Source: an uncultured Sandaracinaceae bacterium
GTDB lineage: Bacteria; Myxococcota_A; Polyangia; Polyangiales; Houyiibacteriaceae
DNA length: 64,000 nucleotides
NCBI GenBank assembly: GCA_964510015.1
Contig: CAZEAA010000002.1
Location: forward strand, 427 to 64,426
Direction of reading: 5' to 3'
Made by a program: the position numbers and the translations under genes. How positions within the stretch are numbered: the stretch's first letter is position 1; each line of letters opens with the position of its first letter. The notes under the pieces were generated by a model, which did not search any database, was not told the origin of the DNA, and worked only from the letters and a program-made list of their open reading frames with translations. This document shows positions 63,401 through 64,000 of the stretch, in pieces.

Positions 63401-63574
63401 CAACACCTTGTCGAAGATGACGAAGAGCATGGCCGCCGTGAACGCGATCTTGATCGCCAGCGATACGTACTTCTTGATCCCCGGCTTCGGCTTGGCTTCG
63501 CCCCGCGCCTCTGGGGTCTCGGTCTGTGCTGCGCCCTCGGGGCGCGCCAGGTCTTGCTGGTCGTGTTCCGTCAT
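60470..63574 (-). CDS. Fusion protein: flippase-like (LPG-synthase-TM/UPF0104) domain + extra TM block + sulfatase-like (alkaline-phosphatase superfamily) domain, 1034 aa
   Basis: Real part of track ORF 60470..63943. The start is ATG 63574 (MTEHDQQ). The N-terminal multi-TM region has the UPF0104 pattern. The C-terminus carries VLLIVVDTMRADH and SWTRPSFASIMTG, with Thr where sulfatases have Cys/Ser. The tail has four Cys. Confidence 0.75.
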   Translation of the reverse strand: MTEHDQQDLARPEGAAQTETPEARGEAKPKPGIKKYVSLAIKIAFTAAMLFVIFDKVLARDGADDLKERIANLDMRWVLAAVGMQLSAIVCAIVRWQRLLVGQGIHAPWRFLGGSFMIARFWGAFTPGGFTGFGGWRIFDIADRTGKVARAGAVISVEMIMGQLAFGLVVMMGSVFGSAFIGTMGVVLVNLGFAVIVSIGLTFLARPHLFRVLAGFLPANIRARIHTLIDAVCAYQGKNLLLVQVTLLGVAVHAFNNLIYVCAARALGVELGVGHVFFASSLQILATLLPISINGLGLRESAAVALYTSPAIGLPLAVAVLIPTVGFACEMFVSAWGGLFFLARKGGLRNDITVEEANREDEFYAKTGGDPASWSVPKRGAILGFGAGMLAGVLIGLAEGSVIVATSAVPTGLNALVYGAVSYALLCSVLGGVGGFVMAHISRMMKREAMPEADAYARYCGAIVGLFGFVLGTFLVRRDVFNEELAYKSKQGLMLLGSAAIFGFVLYLVISVTLRFLLKKQVAAPMLGMRGSLAFFVGIIALLVGITFAVGKPATANNHQNRATPPASAGNVLLIVVDTMRADHIPAWGYSQGHTPNLDAFAADAVRFDQAFSNASWTRPSFASIMTGRMPSSHTVMGKGSRLPEEVTTMAEAMSARGFVTGGFMTNFNVEPRFNFGQGFDEYRFLEPRFVLGADADSSKLLILQVARRVREKFNGLFDIIAPGDDYQDAETVNRELFAWLERAPSDRPWMLMAGYMDPHDPYFEHPYSGNGYSRAAHQNPRPEEAPALRRLYDGEITYWDEHFGALVAELQRRGLYDDMTIIVTSDHGEEFCDHGGFWHGDTLYDEQLRVPLFVKLPGNARGGTVLRHWVQSIDIMPTLLRQQGLEVPEGVQGGDLFTGTDTVYAEESHAENVLESVRVRTGMSERKLITANEGNPRGLPTTELFHVDDDPREQHDHASEASSAEEVAGLRTIMAERARWAAEGQAERVEVSEDQMTEDEKARLCRLGYLTGEVCLDLCRSGVLSGALCNAQP

Positions 63575-63743
63575 GAGTCCTCGTGCTGACCCGCGGCGTT
63601 CGCCCCGCCACGGGATACCCCTCCGGTATCGAGCCGGCAGTCTGGGGTCAAATTCTCGGCCGGTCACCCCGCGTGCAGGTGGCGGGAACTTGCCCCGGCT
63701 GACGAGCGTTGGTAGCTGCACCCCGAACCTCGGAGATCGGCGC

Positions 63744-64000
63744 ATGCAACGCTCAACCAACGTCCTTTCCTTCCCCCATTCGACCCTCGCAGGCGCCCGC
63801 GCGTCCTTCGTCCACACGGTGGGCTTCCTCTTGATGAGTGGCAGCGCGCTCTTGGGCTGCGGCGGGAGCGACGAGGCCGCCACCACCGGGACCGGCGCTG
63901 CCGTGACCGAGACGCCCGCGCCGACCACGGCCACCACGAACACCGGGGCGGGCGAGGTGCAGCCGCCCGCCGACCCGCTGGCGCTGCCCGCCGACCTGCC
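63744..64000 (+). CDS. Lipoprotein, N-terminal fragment (continues beyond the window)
   Basis: Not in the track because there is no stop in the window. ATG 63744 gives MQRSTNVLSF...FLLMSGSALLGCGGSDEAATTGTG, with an LLGC lipobox and a Thr/Ala/Pro-rich linker. Confidence 0.5.
   Translation, partial: MQRSTNVLSFPHSTLAGARASFVHTVGFLLMSGSALLGCGGSDEAATTGTGAAVTETPAPTTATTNTGAGEVQPPADPLALPADL

Noticed and set aside
60701-63589. 962-aa plus-strand ORF
   Set aside because: It is antisense to the flippase/sulfatase-like fusion gene and has no recognisable domain.
1-64000. CRISPR arrays, rRNA genes, transposases, integrases, prophage or toxin-antitoxin/defence islands
   Set aside because: I scanned both strands and the ORF track. 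The only repeats are the 51-bp coding tandem repeat, short duplications and inverted repeats reported above. No recombinase-like or phage-like proteins were recognised.

Overview
A high-GC (~70%) bacterial chromosome segment with about 55 tightly packed genes. Many adjacent genes overlap by 4 bp (ATGA/GTGA). The gene content suggests Myxococcota, possibly Polyangia/Sandaracinus-like: many LAxGC-type lipoproteins, RCC1, PEGA, lamin-tail and TSP3-repeat proteins, and a CYP51. This taxon call is an inference, not a search result. Housekeeping genes are rsmB, rseP, orn, sua5, polA, tRNA-Pro(CGG) and a MurE-like ligase. They are interspersed with envelope/secreted proteins, a MacAB-TolC-like efflux operon, two P450s, a Baeyer-Villiger monooxygenase, and dense c-di-GMP/two-component signalling. 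The largest coherent system is a Wsp-type chemosensory operon (MCP-CheW-CheR/TPR-CheW-CheA-REC-CheB, minus strand 39206->31724) with a divergent WspR-like REC-GGDEF gene. In it, the CheA and its receiver are separated only by one in-frame TAG. Other items worth a second look: a MurE-like ligase lacking the N-terminal UDP-binding domain and coupled to a Uma2 nuclease; a 1034-aa flippase-like/sulfatase-like fusion; a 160-nt element closed by a 19-bp inverted repeat with a cUUCGg hairpin; a near-consensus promoter with a perfect palindrome driving a ~175-nt leader; and a Cys-rich lipoprotein built from perfect 51-bp tandem repeats. By eye I found no rRNA, CRISPR array, transposase, integrase or phage genes. 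Most very long ORFs in the track are antisense or alternate-frame artefacts of the GC bias. All homology statements rest on motif recognition and memory and need database confirmation.
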